A DNA stretch of 64,000 bases from assembly GCA_963719515.1 (NCBI GenBank), contig CAVRCJ010000011.1, positions 32,001 to 96,000 of the forward strand. The letters run 5' to 3'. Each line of letters starts with the position of its first letter. The stretch's first letter is position 1. The notes under the pieces are model-generated. The model worked only from the letters and a program-made list of their open reading frames with translations. It was not told the origin of the DNA and made no database searches. This document shows positions 38,777 to 49,378 of this stretch, one piece after another. The position numbers and the translations under genes were made by a program. This DNA comes from an uncultured cyanobacterium (GTDB lineage Bacteria; Cyanobacteriota; Cyanobacteriia; CAKZMO01).

Positions 38777-39661
38777 ATGAGAAAGCTACTTAATCCTCGC
38801 TGCGGCCTGTCGCGCGCAGCGGTGATTGCCGTCAGTTTAACTGGGCTAGCTGCTGTGAGCTGCACTCAAGCAGAGCCTGACCCAACTGCGACTGCCCCCC
38901 AAGAGGTTTCGGCGGAGACAGGGACGCTAGAGTTTCGCGCCAACGGCGAAGATTTTGTGCGCCAAGGATTTGTTAGCAAAGACGGCTGGCAGATCGACTT
39001 CGAGCATCTCTACGTCACTCTTTCTGATATCAAGGCCTACCAGAGCGACCCGCCCTACGACCCAAGCTCCGACGATGCCATCAGCGCTAGCCCAGACGCT
39101 GAGGTTCCGCAGGAGATTACGGTTGATTTAGCGGCAGGCGATGAGCAGGCAAAGCCTGTATTGATCGACTCTGTCGCAGCGCCTGCTGGACAGTACAATG
39201 CCCTCTCCTGGACGATGTCTCCGGCAACCTCAGGGCCTGCGGCGGGTAGCACCTTGATGCTGGTGGGGGCGGCCACCAAAGATGGCGAGACGGTTCCCTT
39301 TACCATTCAGCTTGACCCTGAGTACACCTACACCTGCGGCGAGTACGTCGGCGACGCTCGCAAAGGGATTTTAGAGGCGGAAGGACAGGCCGACATGGAG
39401 ACAACGTTTCATTTTGACCACGTTTTTGGCGACGGAGAAGCCGCGGCAAGTGACCCCATTAATACTGGAGCGGTGGGGTTTGAGCCGTTCGCAGCCTTGG
39501 CAAATGGCGGAACCCTGGTGACCGATATGGCGGCTTTAGAGCAAGCCCTATCGCCGCAGGTCTACAGCACTTTAGAAGAGGCTCTCCTTGGGTTAGGGCA
39601 TGTCGGAGAAGGCCACTGTTCCGAAATTTCGGCACATTCTGACCATGGCCAAGAGGGTTAA
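38777..39661 (+). CDS. Lipoprotein, putative metal-binding component (DUF4382-like)
   Basis: Lipobox AAVSC; ANGEDFVRQGF, TFHFDH, GHVGEGHC. Confidence 0.75.
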   Translation: MRKLLNPRCGLSRAAVIAVSLTGLAAVSCTQAEPDPTATAPQEVSAETGTLEFRANGEDFVRQGFVSKDGWQIDFEHLYVTLSDIKAYQSDPPYDPSSDDAISASPDAEVPQEITVDLAAGDEQAKPVLIDSVAAPAGQYNALSWTMSPATSGPAAGSTLMLVGAATKDGETVPFTIQLDPEYTYTCGEYVGDARKGILEAEGQADMETTFHFDHVFGDGEAAASDPINTGAVGFEPFAALANGGTLVTDMAALEQALSPQVYSTLEEALLGLGHVGEGHCSEISAHSDHGQEG

Positions 39662-39778
39662 GTCCAAATCTATTGATATAGACATAGATAGAGTGTGCTG
39701 AACTCAAAACTGCATCACATTGGTCAAGGTTAAGCCTCTGTATCTAGACCTGATAACGCCAACCTCAAACCGCAAACT

Positions 39779-40276
39779 ATGATGAGACAATGTGTCCCTC
39801 TTTTAGCGCTGTTAGCTGCGATCGCCACCTTTAAGCCGCCGGCAGCGATCGCTCACGGCGTCGATCTTGCGGTGGAGCCGCTGCAGTCGCTGCGGGTAAG
39901 GGCGGCCTATGACTCTGGTGAAGCGATGACAAACGCCGCCGTCGTGGTCTACGCCCCGGACAATCCGGCCGAGCCCTGGACCACCGGCACGACCGACGAC
40001 CAGGGGTACTTCACCTTTGTCCCCGATGCGGCGATCGCCGGCAATTGGGACATTCAGGTGAGGCAGGCGGGCCACGGCGATATCGTGTCTGTGCCCCTCT
40101 CCTCGAATTCGGTGGGAGGGGCCGCTAGTGACGTCAACAATGGCTCAGCCGCAGTTCCACTGGCCTCGTCTACCCTGCAGTCACCCCTACAAAAGGGGCT
40201 AATGATTGGCTCAGTTTTTTGGGGCTGTCTGGGCACTGCACTCTTCTTCTCGACTCGGACGCGACAATCGAACTAA
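39779..40276 (+). CDS. Ni/Co ECF auxiliary protein (CbiL/NikL-like)
   Basis: Signal ending AIA|HG, GTTDDQG, AGHG, C-terminal TM. Confidence 0.75.
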   Translation: MMRQCVPLLALLAAIATFKPPAAIAHGVDLAVEPLQSLRVRAAYDSGEAMTNAAVVVYAPDNPAEPWTTGTTDDQGYFTFVPDAAIAGNWDIQVRQAGHGDIVSVPLSSNSVGGAASDVNNGSAAVPLASSTLQSPLQKGLMIGSVFWGCLGTALFFSTRTRQSN

Positions 40277-40290
40277 GGATTTTCTACAGA

Positions 40291-40980
40291 ATGCACATTC
40301 CCGACGGAATTTTGCCCGCTCAAGTTTGCGCTGCTGGTTATGCGATCGCCGCTCCTGTGACCTGGTATTCTCTGCGAAAAATCAACCGCCAGCCTGATCC
40401 GACCGCAGGCATTCCCAAGGCCTCACTGCTAACCGCCGCTTTTTTTGTCGCCTCCTCAATCCACATTCCTCTCCCTCCCACCAGCGTCCACCTAGTCTTC
40501 AACGGCCTGCTAGGAGCGGTGCTGGGGTACTATGCCTTTCCCGCGATTCTAGTAGGTCTGTTTTTTCAGGCGGTGATGCTGGGCCACGGGGGCCTCACCA
40601 CCTTGGGGGTTGACGCCGTGATGATGGGGGTCCCGGCCCTAGTGGCCTATCAGCTGTTCACCTTGAGGCACCGGCTGCGGCGCTCCCTCGGCGATCGCCT
40701 CTCTGACGGCGTTTGCGGCTTTCTGGCGGGGTCGGTGGGATTGGGGCTTGCGGCCCTAATTTTCTTTGGGCTCATCGTGACGACGCTCCCGGCTGAATTT
40801 AATACTCTTACCGAGCGGCAGGCCATCTATGGGCTCACCATTGCTCACCTGCCCCTAGCGCTAATTGAGGGAAGCTTCACGGCCATGCTGGTGCTGTTTT
40901 TGCAGCGCGCCAAGCCGGAAATGCTCCAGGATTATCGACCTTCCCCCAAGTGTGACTTGAGGTCGTGGGTGACCAAGTAG
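40291..40980 (+). CDS. cbiM: Co/Ni ECF transporter S component
   Basis: MHIPDG N-terminus, SVHL, GHGGLTTLG. Confidence 0.93.
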   Translation: MHIPDGILPAQVCAAGYAIAAPVTWYSLRKINRQPDPTAGIPKASLLTAAFFVASSIHIPLPPTSVHLVFNGLLGAVLGYYAFPAILVGLFFQAVMLGHGGLTTLGVDAVMMGVPALVAYQLFTLRHRLRRSLGDRLSDGVCGFLAGSVGLGLAALIFFGLIVTTLPAEFNTLTERQAIYGLTIAHLPLALIEGSFTAMLVLFLQRAKPEMLQDYRPSPKCDLRSWVTK

Positions 40981-41047
40981 GCGCTCAGCATGCGGTGTCC
41001 CACACCCTCCCTACTTCACCCTTGGCCAATTCATCAACGCGATCGCA

Positions 41048-41917
41048 ATGCAAATTCAGATTGACGAATATGCCCATCTCGACTCTTGGATTCATCGCTG
41101 GGATCCTCGCTACAAGCTGGTGGCGATCGCCTGCCTGATTTTTGCCTTTGCCTGGGTCGAGAGCCTGTGGCTGCTGCCGCTCATGGTTGTGATTACCGTA
41201 GGGCTATACGGAAGTTCGCGTCTGCCGGTATCGTTTTTGCGGCAGCGGCTGCGCTATCCCGGCATTTTCCTGCTGGGAATTGTGGTGCTGCTGCCTTGGC
41301 AGGCGGGGGAGACCGTGCTGTGGCAGTGGGGCGTTCTGGCGCTGCGGCAGGAGGGGCTAATGGCAATGGTGCTGATTGCCTGCCGCTTTCTCTGCATCAT
41401 CACCGCAGGGCTAGTGCTGTTGGGCAGCATGTCTTTTTTAACCACCATCAGAACAATGCGCGCCTTGGGTCTCCCGAGGGTGCTGTCAGATATGACCCTG
41501 CTCACCTACCGCTACCTGTTCGAGGTCACCGACAATCTGCGGACCATGCAGCGGGCCATGCGGCTGCGGGGATTTGCCCTAGGACATCAGGCCCAACCTG
41601 CCTCTGAGCGCGCCTCTAAACAGGCGCGAGGACACACCCACAGCCATGGCCCACAAGCCTCCCACCGCCGACTCCCCTCTTTGCGGGACATCAACCGGAT
41701 TGCGTCTTTGACCGGGACGCTGTTCATCCGCAGCTACGAACAGTCAGAGCGTATCTATAGCGCCATGAAGCTGCGGGGCTACGGTAGCCGCTACAAGCCT
41801 CAGCTTGCGGCTATGGCTCCCTCTACCACCGACCTGTCGCCTCGATGGAACGCGATCGCGACGGCGGCTACCATCACGGCGGCGGTGGCGCTCGTGGTGC
41901 TGGAGGTAGCGTTCTAA
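41048..41917 (+). CDS. cbiQ: ECF transporter T component
   Basis: WDPRYKL, AMRLRGF, ERIYSAMKLRGY. Confidence 0.92.
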   Translation: MQIQIDEYAHLDSWIHRWDPRYKLVAIACLIFAFAWVESLWLLPLMVVITVGLYGSSRLPVSFLRQRLRYPGIFLLGIVVLLPWQAGETVLWQWGVLALRQEGLMAMVLIACRFLCIITAGLVLLGSMSFLTTIRTMRALGLPRVLSDMTLLTYRYLFEVTDNLRTMQRAMRLRGFALGHQAQPASERASKQARGHTHSHGPQASHRRLPSLRDINRIASLTGTLFIRSYEQSERIYSAMKLRGYGSRYKPQLAAMAPSTTDLSPRWNAIATAATITAAVALVVLEVAF

Positions 41918-41977
41918 CCCCCCTTTTTCAGAATCCCTGTCGAAACCTGCTGTTGCCTTCACTACTCCATTGCATCT

Positions 41978-42781
41978 ATGACTCAGTCTGACTTCGCGGC
42001 CCCATCTGAATTTATCCCTCAGCCCCGGACGACGCCTACAGTGGCGATCGCGGCCCGTGACCTGTGGTTTTCCTACCCCGACCACACCCCCATCCTTAAG
42101 TCTCTCTCAGTGATGGTGGGTGCAGGGGAGCGCGTCGGGGTGATTGGTCCTAACGGGGCCGGAAAGACGACCTTTTTTATGTCGCTGTGCGGCATCTTGA
42201 CGCCGACCGGCGGGGACGTGACGCTCTTTGATAAGCCTGTTGAGCCCGGAATGTTTCGCCCCGAGGTTGGTCTGGTATTTCAAAACCCAAACGACCAGCT
42301 GTTTTGCGCCTCAGTGCGGGAGGACGTCGCCTTTGGCCCTGAGAATATGGGGCTAGCCCCCGATGAAGTCGCCCCTCGGGTTCACGACGCCCTGCGCATC
42401 ACCGGGATGTCAGACTACGTCGATCGCAGTCCCTATCACTTATCTGGTGGGGAGAAGCGGATGGTGGCGATCGCGGCGGTGCTGGCCATGCAGCCGCGAC
42501 TGGTAATCTACGATGAGCCCTCTGCCAGCTTAGACATGAGGGCGAGACGACGGCTGATTCAGTTCCTACAGCAGGCTCCTGAAACCATGCTGATCTCGTC
42601 CCACGACCTGGAGTTTTTGCTGGAGGTGTGCGATCGCGTCCTGCTGCTGGACGACGGGCAGATTATTGCTGATGGGGAGCCGCAGGAAATCATGGGGAAC
42701 GTGGAGCTGATGCTGGCCCATGGCCTTGAGAAGCCCCATTCCCTAGTGCCCCACGTAGATCCTCACCACGACTTACCGTGA
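41978..42781 (+). CDS. cbiO: ECF transporter ATPase
   Basis: GPNGAGKT, FQNPNDQ, LSGGEK, DEP. Confidence 0.92.
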   Translation: MTQSDFAAPSEFIPQPRTTPTVAIAARDLWFSYPDHTPILKSLSVMVGAGERVGVIGPNGAGKTTFFMSLCGILTPTGGDVTLFDKPVEPGMFRPEVGLVFQNPNDQLFCASVREDVAFGPENMGLAPDEVAPRVHDALRITGMSDYVDRSPYHLSGGEKRMVAIAAVLAMQPRLVIYDEPSASLDMRARRRLIQFLQQAPETMLISSHDLEFLLEVCDRVLLLDDGQIIADGEPQEIMGNVELMLAHGLEKPHSLVPHVDPHHDLP

Positions 42782-43159
42782 CCTTGTGTCTATCGGAAAG
42801 TGAATCGCGTTCGAGTTGGGGGGCTTATTCTCCTCGATTTGTTGGCGCGGGCTAGTGATGGTTTCGTCGAGCATAAAAATCAGCGTGGGCTCGTCTTCGA
42901 CCCTGATAGAATCGGGCTGAGCGTTGGGCAGCTGGAATGTCGAGGTCTGGGCGGGCTGAGTGACCAGAGCTTCGCTACCGGCGGGCAGCGGCGACTCTAG
43001 AGTCACGGTTTCGCCGGGCTCTGAGGCGACTGCGGCTGAGGCGATCGCGGCTGCGGCGATCGCAAGGGCGGTGGCTAGACCAACCCCTAGGGCGGGGACG
43101 GTCCGGATAGGCCAGCTTATAGAGGATTGAAGCGCGGGGGATTGAAGTGTGAGGCGCAT
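42773..43159 (-). CDS. Hypothetical exported protein
   Basis: Signal-like hydrophobic N-terminus. Confidence 0.55.
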   Translation of the reverse strand: MRLTLQSPALQSSISWPIRTVPALGVGLATALAIAAAAIASAAVASEPGETVTLESPLPAGSEALVTQPAQTSTFQLPNAQPDSIRVEDEPTLIFMLDETITSPRQQIEENKPPNSNAIHFPIDTRSR

Positions 43160-43502
43160 GATCGTCAAGGAGTGTAAGGTGTACAGCTCGAGGGGGCAAG
43201 CAAGAGGTTCACTGAACCTACTCTCAACGTAATTTGCTCGCCTTAACTACTGATGAGCGTAGAGTAAATTCTAGGGCTAGAGCATCATTCTTGAGCTGTA
43301 AATTTCTTCGGATGGTCACGAGCGGGCGCTGCTGACCTAAATCACAAGTTCTGTTGAGAGGGCGCGCTGCAGCCCCCCAATTTTGCTCCAGTGCTTTGAG
43401 ATATACTGCTGAAGGCAGCGCTCCTGCAAGGTGTTCTAGAGGGCGCAGCGCTTAACTTTAGAAATTCTTGCTCTAGATCTGCGGTTTCACCTCTCCAGTT
43501 CC

Positions 43503-44372
43503 ATGACTCCAGTCCAAAATATCTTGCACGCGCGCGCTCGTTTGGGTGAAGGTCCAGTTTGGAGCGCCCCCTCATCGCGCCTTTACTGGGTTGATATCTA
43601 CAACCACCGCGTCCACTGGCTGGATCTTGAAACGCAGAAGGCGCAGTTCTACGACGTGGGCTACACGGTAGGGGCGATCGCCACCACCACCGCCAACCGG
43701 CTGATTATGGCTCAGCAGCACCGTCTGGCGTTCCTAGATCCCCAGATGGGACGCATCGATCCTATTCGCGATATTGAGGCAGACCTGCCCCACAATCGCT
43801 TCAACGATGGCAAGTGCGATCCCGCTGGGCGCTTTTGGTTTGGCTCGATGTCGAGCATTGGCCCCCAGGGCAGCCTCTACCGCTACGACCCTGACGGTAC
43901 GCTGCACACCTTGGAAACTGGGCTGACGGTCTCCAACGGGCTGGGCTGGAGCCCCGACCAGCGGAAGTTTTACCTGGCCGACTCGCCGCTCCGGCAAATT
44001 TATGTCTATGACTACGACGTAGCGACGGGCGCGATCGCCAACCGCCGCGTCCATGTTGACCTGACGGCGGAGTCCTTTTTCCCCGATGGTTTAACGGTCG
44101 ACGCTGAGGGCTGCCTTTGGGTGGCGATGTGGGACGGCTGGTGCATCCAGCGATTCGACCCCGCCGGCACATTCATGGAAGCGGTGAATATGCCGGTGCA
44201 GCGGCCCACGTCCTGTACCTTCGGTGGCCCTGACCTAAAAACCCTCTACATCACGTCGGCTTCTGTTGGCCTCAGCGAAGCCGAAATTGAGCAGAGCTTC
44301 TTCTCCGGCGACCTGTTCGCTCTCCATACCGAGACACGGGGGCTCCCCACGTCGGCGTTCCAAGAACCGTGA
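43503..44372 (+). CDS. SMP-30/gluconolactonase family protein
   Basis: LGEGPVW, RFNDGKCD, SNGLGWSPD, PDGL. Confidence 0.93.
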   Translation: MTPVQNILHARARLGEGPVWSAPSSRLYWVDIYNHRVHWLDLETQKAQFYDVGYTVGAIATTTANRLIMAQQHRLAFLDPQMGRIDPIRDIEADLPHNRFNDGKCDPAGRFWFGSMSSIGPQGSLYRYDPDGTLHTLETGLTVSNGLGWSPDQRKFYLADSPLRQIYVYDYDVATGAIANRRVHVDLTAESFFPDGLTVDAEGCLWVAMWDGWCIQRFDPAGTFMEAVNMPVQRPTSCTFGGPDLKTLYITSASVGLSEAEIEQSFFSGDLFALHTETRGLPTSAFQEP

Positions 44373-45352
44373 GTCGGCGACACTCTAGCGCTGATCTCAC
44401 CCTATCGTCTCTCTTAGGCTTAGCGCTAATTGTCGTCGGCATCGGCTGGCTTCCAGCGGTTATGGAAGCTGTTCCTGATGACCGGGCTCCCGTTATGCTG
44501 GACGGCCAAGAGGTGTTGTTCCTAGAGGGAATCGACGGCTTTTCGGCCCAGAGGCGCGCCGACCTCGCCGGCAGCCTGCTGGCTGAAGCGGTGCAACAGA
44601 CCAGCGTAGACGCACCGCCGCTGTGGGTACAGATTTCCCAGCGCGATCGCCTTGTCACGCTCCGGCTCCGGGGCCGACATCTGCTCACCGTCACCGATGC
44701 TGACGCCGTGATGGGGGTGCGAAACCGGAAGCAGGCCGAGATTTGGGCCGGTAGTCTAGAGCCCCGCCATCAGCTGCAGGTGCGCAGCGACCTCTACTAC
44801 CTGCTAGAGGCCAACCTGCGGCGCTACGATATTGAGATCCCCTTCCCGCAGCGGGACATCCGTCTGCGATGGTCGAAGACCGGTCCCGAGGGACCATTGC
44901 CTCAGCTCGACGACATCAGGGCAGCGGCGCAGAAGGACTATAGCCTCCATGACCGCGACGCTTCCCTGGATGACGCCATCCCCACCGACCTGCTAGCTGA
45001 CCTATCGGATTTGGCCGACTGTACGCTGCTCATCCAGCAGCAGGAAAGCTTATCCGAGTCAGAGCTGCGCGAGCTATCCCGAGGAATGCATGGCGTCGTC
45101 GAGCGTCGCGATCGCCGCTACCGACTGCGGCTTTACCGAAACTGCTTCGTGGGCAGCGAGGCGGTGACCTGGCTCGCTCAAACCCAAAAAACCACCCGAG
45201 AGCAGGCGGTCACCATTGGCCAGCAGCTGGTGGAGAACTGCATCATTCACCCTATTGCCGACGAGCACCCGTTTATGGACGACTATTTCTTTTACCGATT
45301 CTACGAGGATTCCCGCAATGAGCCCCAGCGTAAGTCCCAGATTAAGTCCTAA
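44369..45352 (+). pseudogene. MscS-DEP fusion gene with in-frame loss of the channel core
   Basis: Periplasmic N-terminus joined at ~44757 to the MscS tail IEIPFPQRD, then DEP domain CFVGSEAVTWL. Confidence 0.65.
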
Positions 45353-46118
45353 CCCCTCGCCCCCCGACCTGCTCGCCTTCGACTTTGACGGCGTGATTTG
45401 CGACGGCCTGGTGGAGTATTTTCAAACCGCTTGGCGGGCCTACTGCCGGGTGTGGTCCCCCCAGGACAAGACGCCGCCATCGGGTCTGGCAGAACGGTTT
45501 TATCCCCTACGCCCGGTGATTGAAACGGGGTGGGAAATGCCCGTGCTGCTGCGATCGCTTGTGCTAGGCACCGCTGAAGAGCAGATTTTGGCGGACTGGC
45601 CGGCGATCGCTCGGGGGCAGGTTGCCTCAGAGGGGCTAGAGGCCCAATCCCTAGCGGCGGCGCTCGACGGCGTCCGGGACGAGTGGATTCGCGAGGATTT
45701 GGACGACTGGCTCGCCCAGCATCGGTTTTACCCCGGCATGGTGGAGACGCTGGGGCGACTGCTCCAGTCTGATAGAACCCACGTTGTGATTATCACTACG
45801 AAAGAAGGCCGGTTTGCAAAGCAGCTGCTAGAGCGCTCTGGAGTGACGATGCCCGAGGCGCAAATCTTTGGCAAAGAGGTGAAGCGTCCCAAGTATGACA
45901 TCTTGAGAGATTTGATTGAGGAGCATCAGGCCCAGTCGGCGTGGTTTATTGAAGATCGGCTCAAAGCGCTGCTGGCCACGGCCCAGCAGTCTGATCTCCA
46001 GCAGGTGCGGCTGCTGCTGGCGGACTGGGGCTACAACACGGCGGCGGACCGACAGCAGGCAGCTGATCATCCAAAAGTTGAGCTAGTGTCATTACAAGAT
46101 TTCACGGCGGCCCTTTGA
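45318..46118 (+). CDS. HAD family hydrolase
   Basis: FDFDGVICD, IEDR, ADWGYN. Confidence 0.9.
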   Translation: MSPSVSPRLSPNPSPPDLLAFDFDGVICDGLVEYFQTAWRAYCRVWSPQDKTPPSGLAERFYPLRPVIETGWEMPVLLRSLVLGTAEEQILADWPAIARGQVASEGLEAQSLAAALDGVRDEWIREDLDDWLAQHRFYPGMVETLGRLLQSDRTHVVIITTKEGRFAKQLLERSGVTMPEAQIFGKEVKRPKYDILRDLIEEHQAQSAWFIEDRLKALLATAQQSDLQQVRLLLADWGYNTAADRQQAADHPKVELVSLQDFTAAL

Positions 46119-46182
46119 CGATGCTCCCCACCATCACGCCCACCACCTTACAGGGGCCGCGATCGCACCATACATCACCCCC

Positions 46183-46950
46183 ATGCGCCTCACAACTGTC
46201 CTTTCGCTGTTAGCCCTCGGGGCAGGAGCGATCGCCTGCGCCGCATCCCCCGCTGACGACTCGCCCCAGCTAACGGTGGCGGCGGCAGCCAGCACCCAGG
46301 AGGTCATGCAGGCGATTCAGACCGCTTACCAAGCAGAAGCCCCCGTCGCTATCACCTACAGCTTTGGCTCATCCGGTTCTCTAGCCCAGCAAATTGCTCA
46401 AGGAGCTCCGGTAGACGTCTTTCTGTCGGCGTCGCCTCAGTGGATGGACGAGCTAGAAACTCAGGGTCTTGTCAAAGCGCCGCAGGCGCTGCTGCAAAAC
46501 GCCATGGTGCTAGTGACGCCCCTCGCGAAAGTCGGGGTCAGCAGCTTTGAAGACCTGGCCACCGACGCCGTTGCCAGAGTTGCCGTAGGCGAGCCGGAGA
46601 GCGTCCCGGCGGGGCGCTACGCCCGGGAGACCTTGACCGCCATGGCCCTGTGGGAGGCCCTGACGCCCAAGCTAGTGTTCGGTAAAAGCGCGCGGCAGGT
46701 TTTGGCCTATGTGGAGACGGGTAACGTAGACGCGGGGCTGGTGTACGCTACGGACGTGCTTGCGTCAGAGCAGGTTAAGGCGATCGCCACCGCGTCCGCA
46801 GAGACCCATTCTCCTATCGTCTATCCGGTGGCCGTGGTGGTCGGCTCGGGGGCGCGTCAGCCGGAGGTAGCCCAAGACTTTGTTGATTTTTTGGTCACTG
46901 AGGCTGCCGCCGATATCTTTCGCGCCCACGGCTTTGAGTTGGCCCATTAG
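46183..46950 (+). CDS. modA: Molybdate ABC transporter binding protein
   Basis: AAAS, GSSGSLAQQI, VPAGRYA, GLVYATD. Confidence 0.92.
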   Translation: MRLTTVLSLLALGAGAIACAASPADDSPQLTVAAAASTQEVMQAIQTAYQAEAPVAITYSFGSSGSLAQQIAQGAPVDVFLSASPQWMDELETQGLVKAPQALLQNAMVLVTPLAKVGVSSFEDLATDAVARVAVGEPESVPAGRYARETLTAMALWEALTPKLVFGKSARQVLAYVETGNVDAGLVYATDVLASEQVKAIATASAETHSPIVYPVAVVVGSGARQPEVAQDFVDFLVTEAAADIFRAHGFELAH

Positions 46951-46979
46951 TAGAGAGCCGCTGTCTGGAGTAGAGCACT

Positions 46980-47708
46980 ATGCCATTTGAGCTAGAGACC
47001 ATCGTGCCTTGGGGCCGCTCTTTTGATGAATACTGCCAAATGTTCGGCCTCAGCGAATCAAACCTCAGCGAACCAAACCTCAGCGAACCGGAATCCCGTC
47101 GAATTTTGGGCTGCGGTGACGGCCCCGCTAGCTTTAACGCTGAGGCCACGCGGCGAGGATACTCGGTAACCTCTTGCGATCCGCTCTATCGCTTCTCTGC
47201 TGCCGACATTGAGGCGCGCATTCAGACCACCTATGACAAGGTGATGCAGCAGGTCACCGCCAACCAAGACGCCTACCGGTGGCAGACGCTGCGATCGCCT
47301 GCCCACCTGGGCGAGGTGCGGATGGCAGCGATGCGGGAATTTTTGGAGGACTACGAGAAGGGGAAGGCCCAAGGGCGCTACCTCGACGCACAGCTGCCCC
47401 AGCTGCCGTTTGGCCGTCAGTTTGATTTGGCCCTATCGTCTCACCTGCTGTTTACCTATACGGCGCAGCTCTCGGCGGAGTTCCATCTCGCGTCAATTCT
47501 AGAGCTGTGCCGCGTGGCGACAGAGGTGCGTATTTTTCCGCTGGTAGATTTGGCGGGCTGTGCTTCAGCCTATGTAGAGCCCATCACCTCAGCGCTTCAG
47601 CGTAGAGGGTACGCCGTAGCGCAGGTCGAGACGGCGTACGAGTTTCAAAAGGGCGCTCGTACCCTCATGCTCGTCTCGACATCGGGACAATCGGCAGCGT
47701 CTCCCTAG
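46980..47708 (+). CDS. SAM-dependent methyltransferase-like protein
   Basis: WGRSFDEY, ILGCGDGPASFN, SSHLLF. Confidence 0.85.
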   Translation: MPFELETIVPWGRSFDEYCQMFGLSESNLSEPNLSEPESRRILGCGDGPASFNAEATRRGYSVTSCDPLYRFSAADIEARIQTTYDKVMQQVTANQDAYRWQTLRSPAHLGEVRMAAMREFLEDYEKGKAQGRYLDAQLPQLPFGRQFDLALSSHLLFTYTAQLSAEFHLASILELCRVATEVRIFPLVDLAGCASAYVEPITSALQRRGYAVAQVETAYEFQKGARTLMLVSTSGQSAASP

Positions 47709-47891
47709 CAGGGTACAGCAAATGTCCTGATGCATTGGGACATTTGACTAGTGGCCGACACAACGTCACGCTTTCAGCCGATTCTGATGTCCTGAGCAGC
47801 TGAACCAACTCAATCTTAGATCGTCAGCTGTCGGAGCAGCGATCGCCCTGTGATCCCTATAGTGGTAGAGACTAGCTGGTTTTTCCCCACC

Positions 47892-49106
47892 ATGACCCCT
47901 ACTCCTGCGATCGCTTCTCTGACTTGGCCTGAGCTTGAGGCTTTGGCCAAAGACGTCAACCCCGACTCCGTCAACGGCCCCACCAACCCCCAAGCCCGCC
48001 TGCGGCTGTTTGGCCAAACCGAGGCCGACGTGCGGGTTACCCTCTATCGTGATAACCACGCTTGGTGCCCCTACTGCCAAAAGGTGTGGCTTTGGCTTGA
48101 AGAAAAGCGGGTGCCCTACCGCATCGAGAAGGTGACCATGTTTTGCTATGGCAATAAAGAGCGCTGGTACACCCAAAAAGTTCCTTCAGGGATGCTGCCC
48201 GCCCTAGAGCTAGATGGGCAGATGATTACTGAGAGCGACGTCATCTTGATGGCCTTAGAAGAGGCCTTTGGTCCTCTAGTCTTGGGCATGGAAGACCCCA
48301 AAGTGATGCCCCTCCGGCAGCTAGAGCGACAGCTGTTTCGCGCCTGGTGTAGCTGGCTCTGCTACCCAGCGCGGGGGCAGCAAGAGCAGCGTAACCGGCA
48401 GCAGTTTATCGCCGTCGCTAACGAGGTAGAAACCGCCCTTAGCCGCACGTCAGGCCCCTATTTTCTAGAGGACTTTAGCACCGCAGATGTGGTGTTTGTG
48501 CCCTACGTTGAGCGCATGAACGCCAGCCTTTACTACTACAAAGGCTACTCGCTGCGCGAAGAGCACCCCCAACTGCGGGACTGGTTCGATGGCCTAGAAA
48601 CCCGCCCTACCTATCGCGGCACCCAAAGCGACTTTCACACCCATGCCCACGACCTACCGCCCCAGATGGGGGGCTGCTACGAGAACGGCGAGCCCCAGAC
48701 GGTAGCGAGCAAGGCGCGGGTAGACCAAGGGCCATGGATGTCGCTGCCCGACGTAGCCTACCCTGAGCCGGAGACCTCCCGCGCTGAAGCCCTCTATCAG
48801 GTAATCAAGCACCGCGACAGTATTCTCCGCGCTAATCCGTCGGGGCAGAAATTTGACGAACCGCTGCGCTGCGCCTTAACCCGCCTAGCTACGGGAGAGT
48901 CTTGCACCCCTCCGCGCGGCTCAGACCGGGCGCTGAGATATCTGCGCGATCGCATCAACGTGCCTCGGGATATGTCAATTTACGCGGCAAAGCGGCTGCG
49001 AGAGGCGCTAGAAGAGACGGCAGCTTTGGTCGGCGATAGGCAAGGGGAGCCGATTCCGATGAAGCATCGGCGGGATCAAGATCCGGCCCGGTTCGCGATG
49101 CGATAA
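47892..49106 (+). CDS. Glutathione S-transferase family protein
   Basis: [19 protein letters not shown]. Confidence 0.9.
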   Translation: MTPTPAIASLTWPELEALAKDVNPDSVNGPTNPQARLRLFGQTEADVRVTLYRDNHAWCPYCQKVWLWLEEKRVPYRIEKVTMFCYGNKERWYTQKVPSGMLPALELDGQMITESDVILMALEEAFGPLVLGMEDPKVMPLRQLERQLFRAWCSWLCYPARGQQEQRNRQQFIAVANEVETALSRTSGPYFLEDFSTADVVFVPYVERMNASLYYYKGYSLREEHPQLRDWFDGLETRPTYRGTQSDFHTHAHDLPPQMGGCYENGEPQTVASKARVDQGPWMSLPDVAYPEPETSRAEALYQVIKHRDSILRANPSGQKFDEPLRCALTRLATGESCTPPRGSDRALRYLRDRINVPRDMSIYAAKRLREALEETAALVGDRQGEPIPMKHRRDQDPARFAMR

Positions 49107-49110
49107 ATAA

Positions 49111-49374
49111 GCTCTAATCGCTTCTCGAGCGGAAGACTTTGTTGCCCGTACGGGAGGCGATGAGTTTGCAGTCTTGTGTGTAGATTGTGACCTTGATACC
49201 GGGACAGAGACCGTCCGAAGTATTGAGACGGACCTGGGCCGGGCTGGCGTAAGCGCTAGCATCGGATTAGCCCTACGAAAGCCCCAGTTGGGCTTGTCTA
49301 AAGCTTGGGAAGAGGCAGAGGCAAACCTGTATTCTCACAAGCGGAGCAAGCGCGCTGCGCGATCGCTTCTGTAA
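49111..49374 (+). pseudogene. GGDEF domain C-terminal remnant
   Basis: DFVARTGGDEFAVL...SASIG...AEANLY; preceded by an in-frame stop. Confidence 0.75.
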
Positions 49375-49378
49375 GGCG

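Noticed and set aside
47048..47089. 15-bp in-frame repeats (also 5623-5666)
   Set aside because: Ordinary slippage duplications in flexible protein segments.
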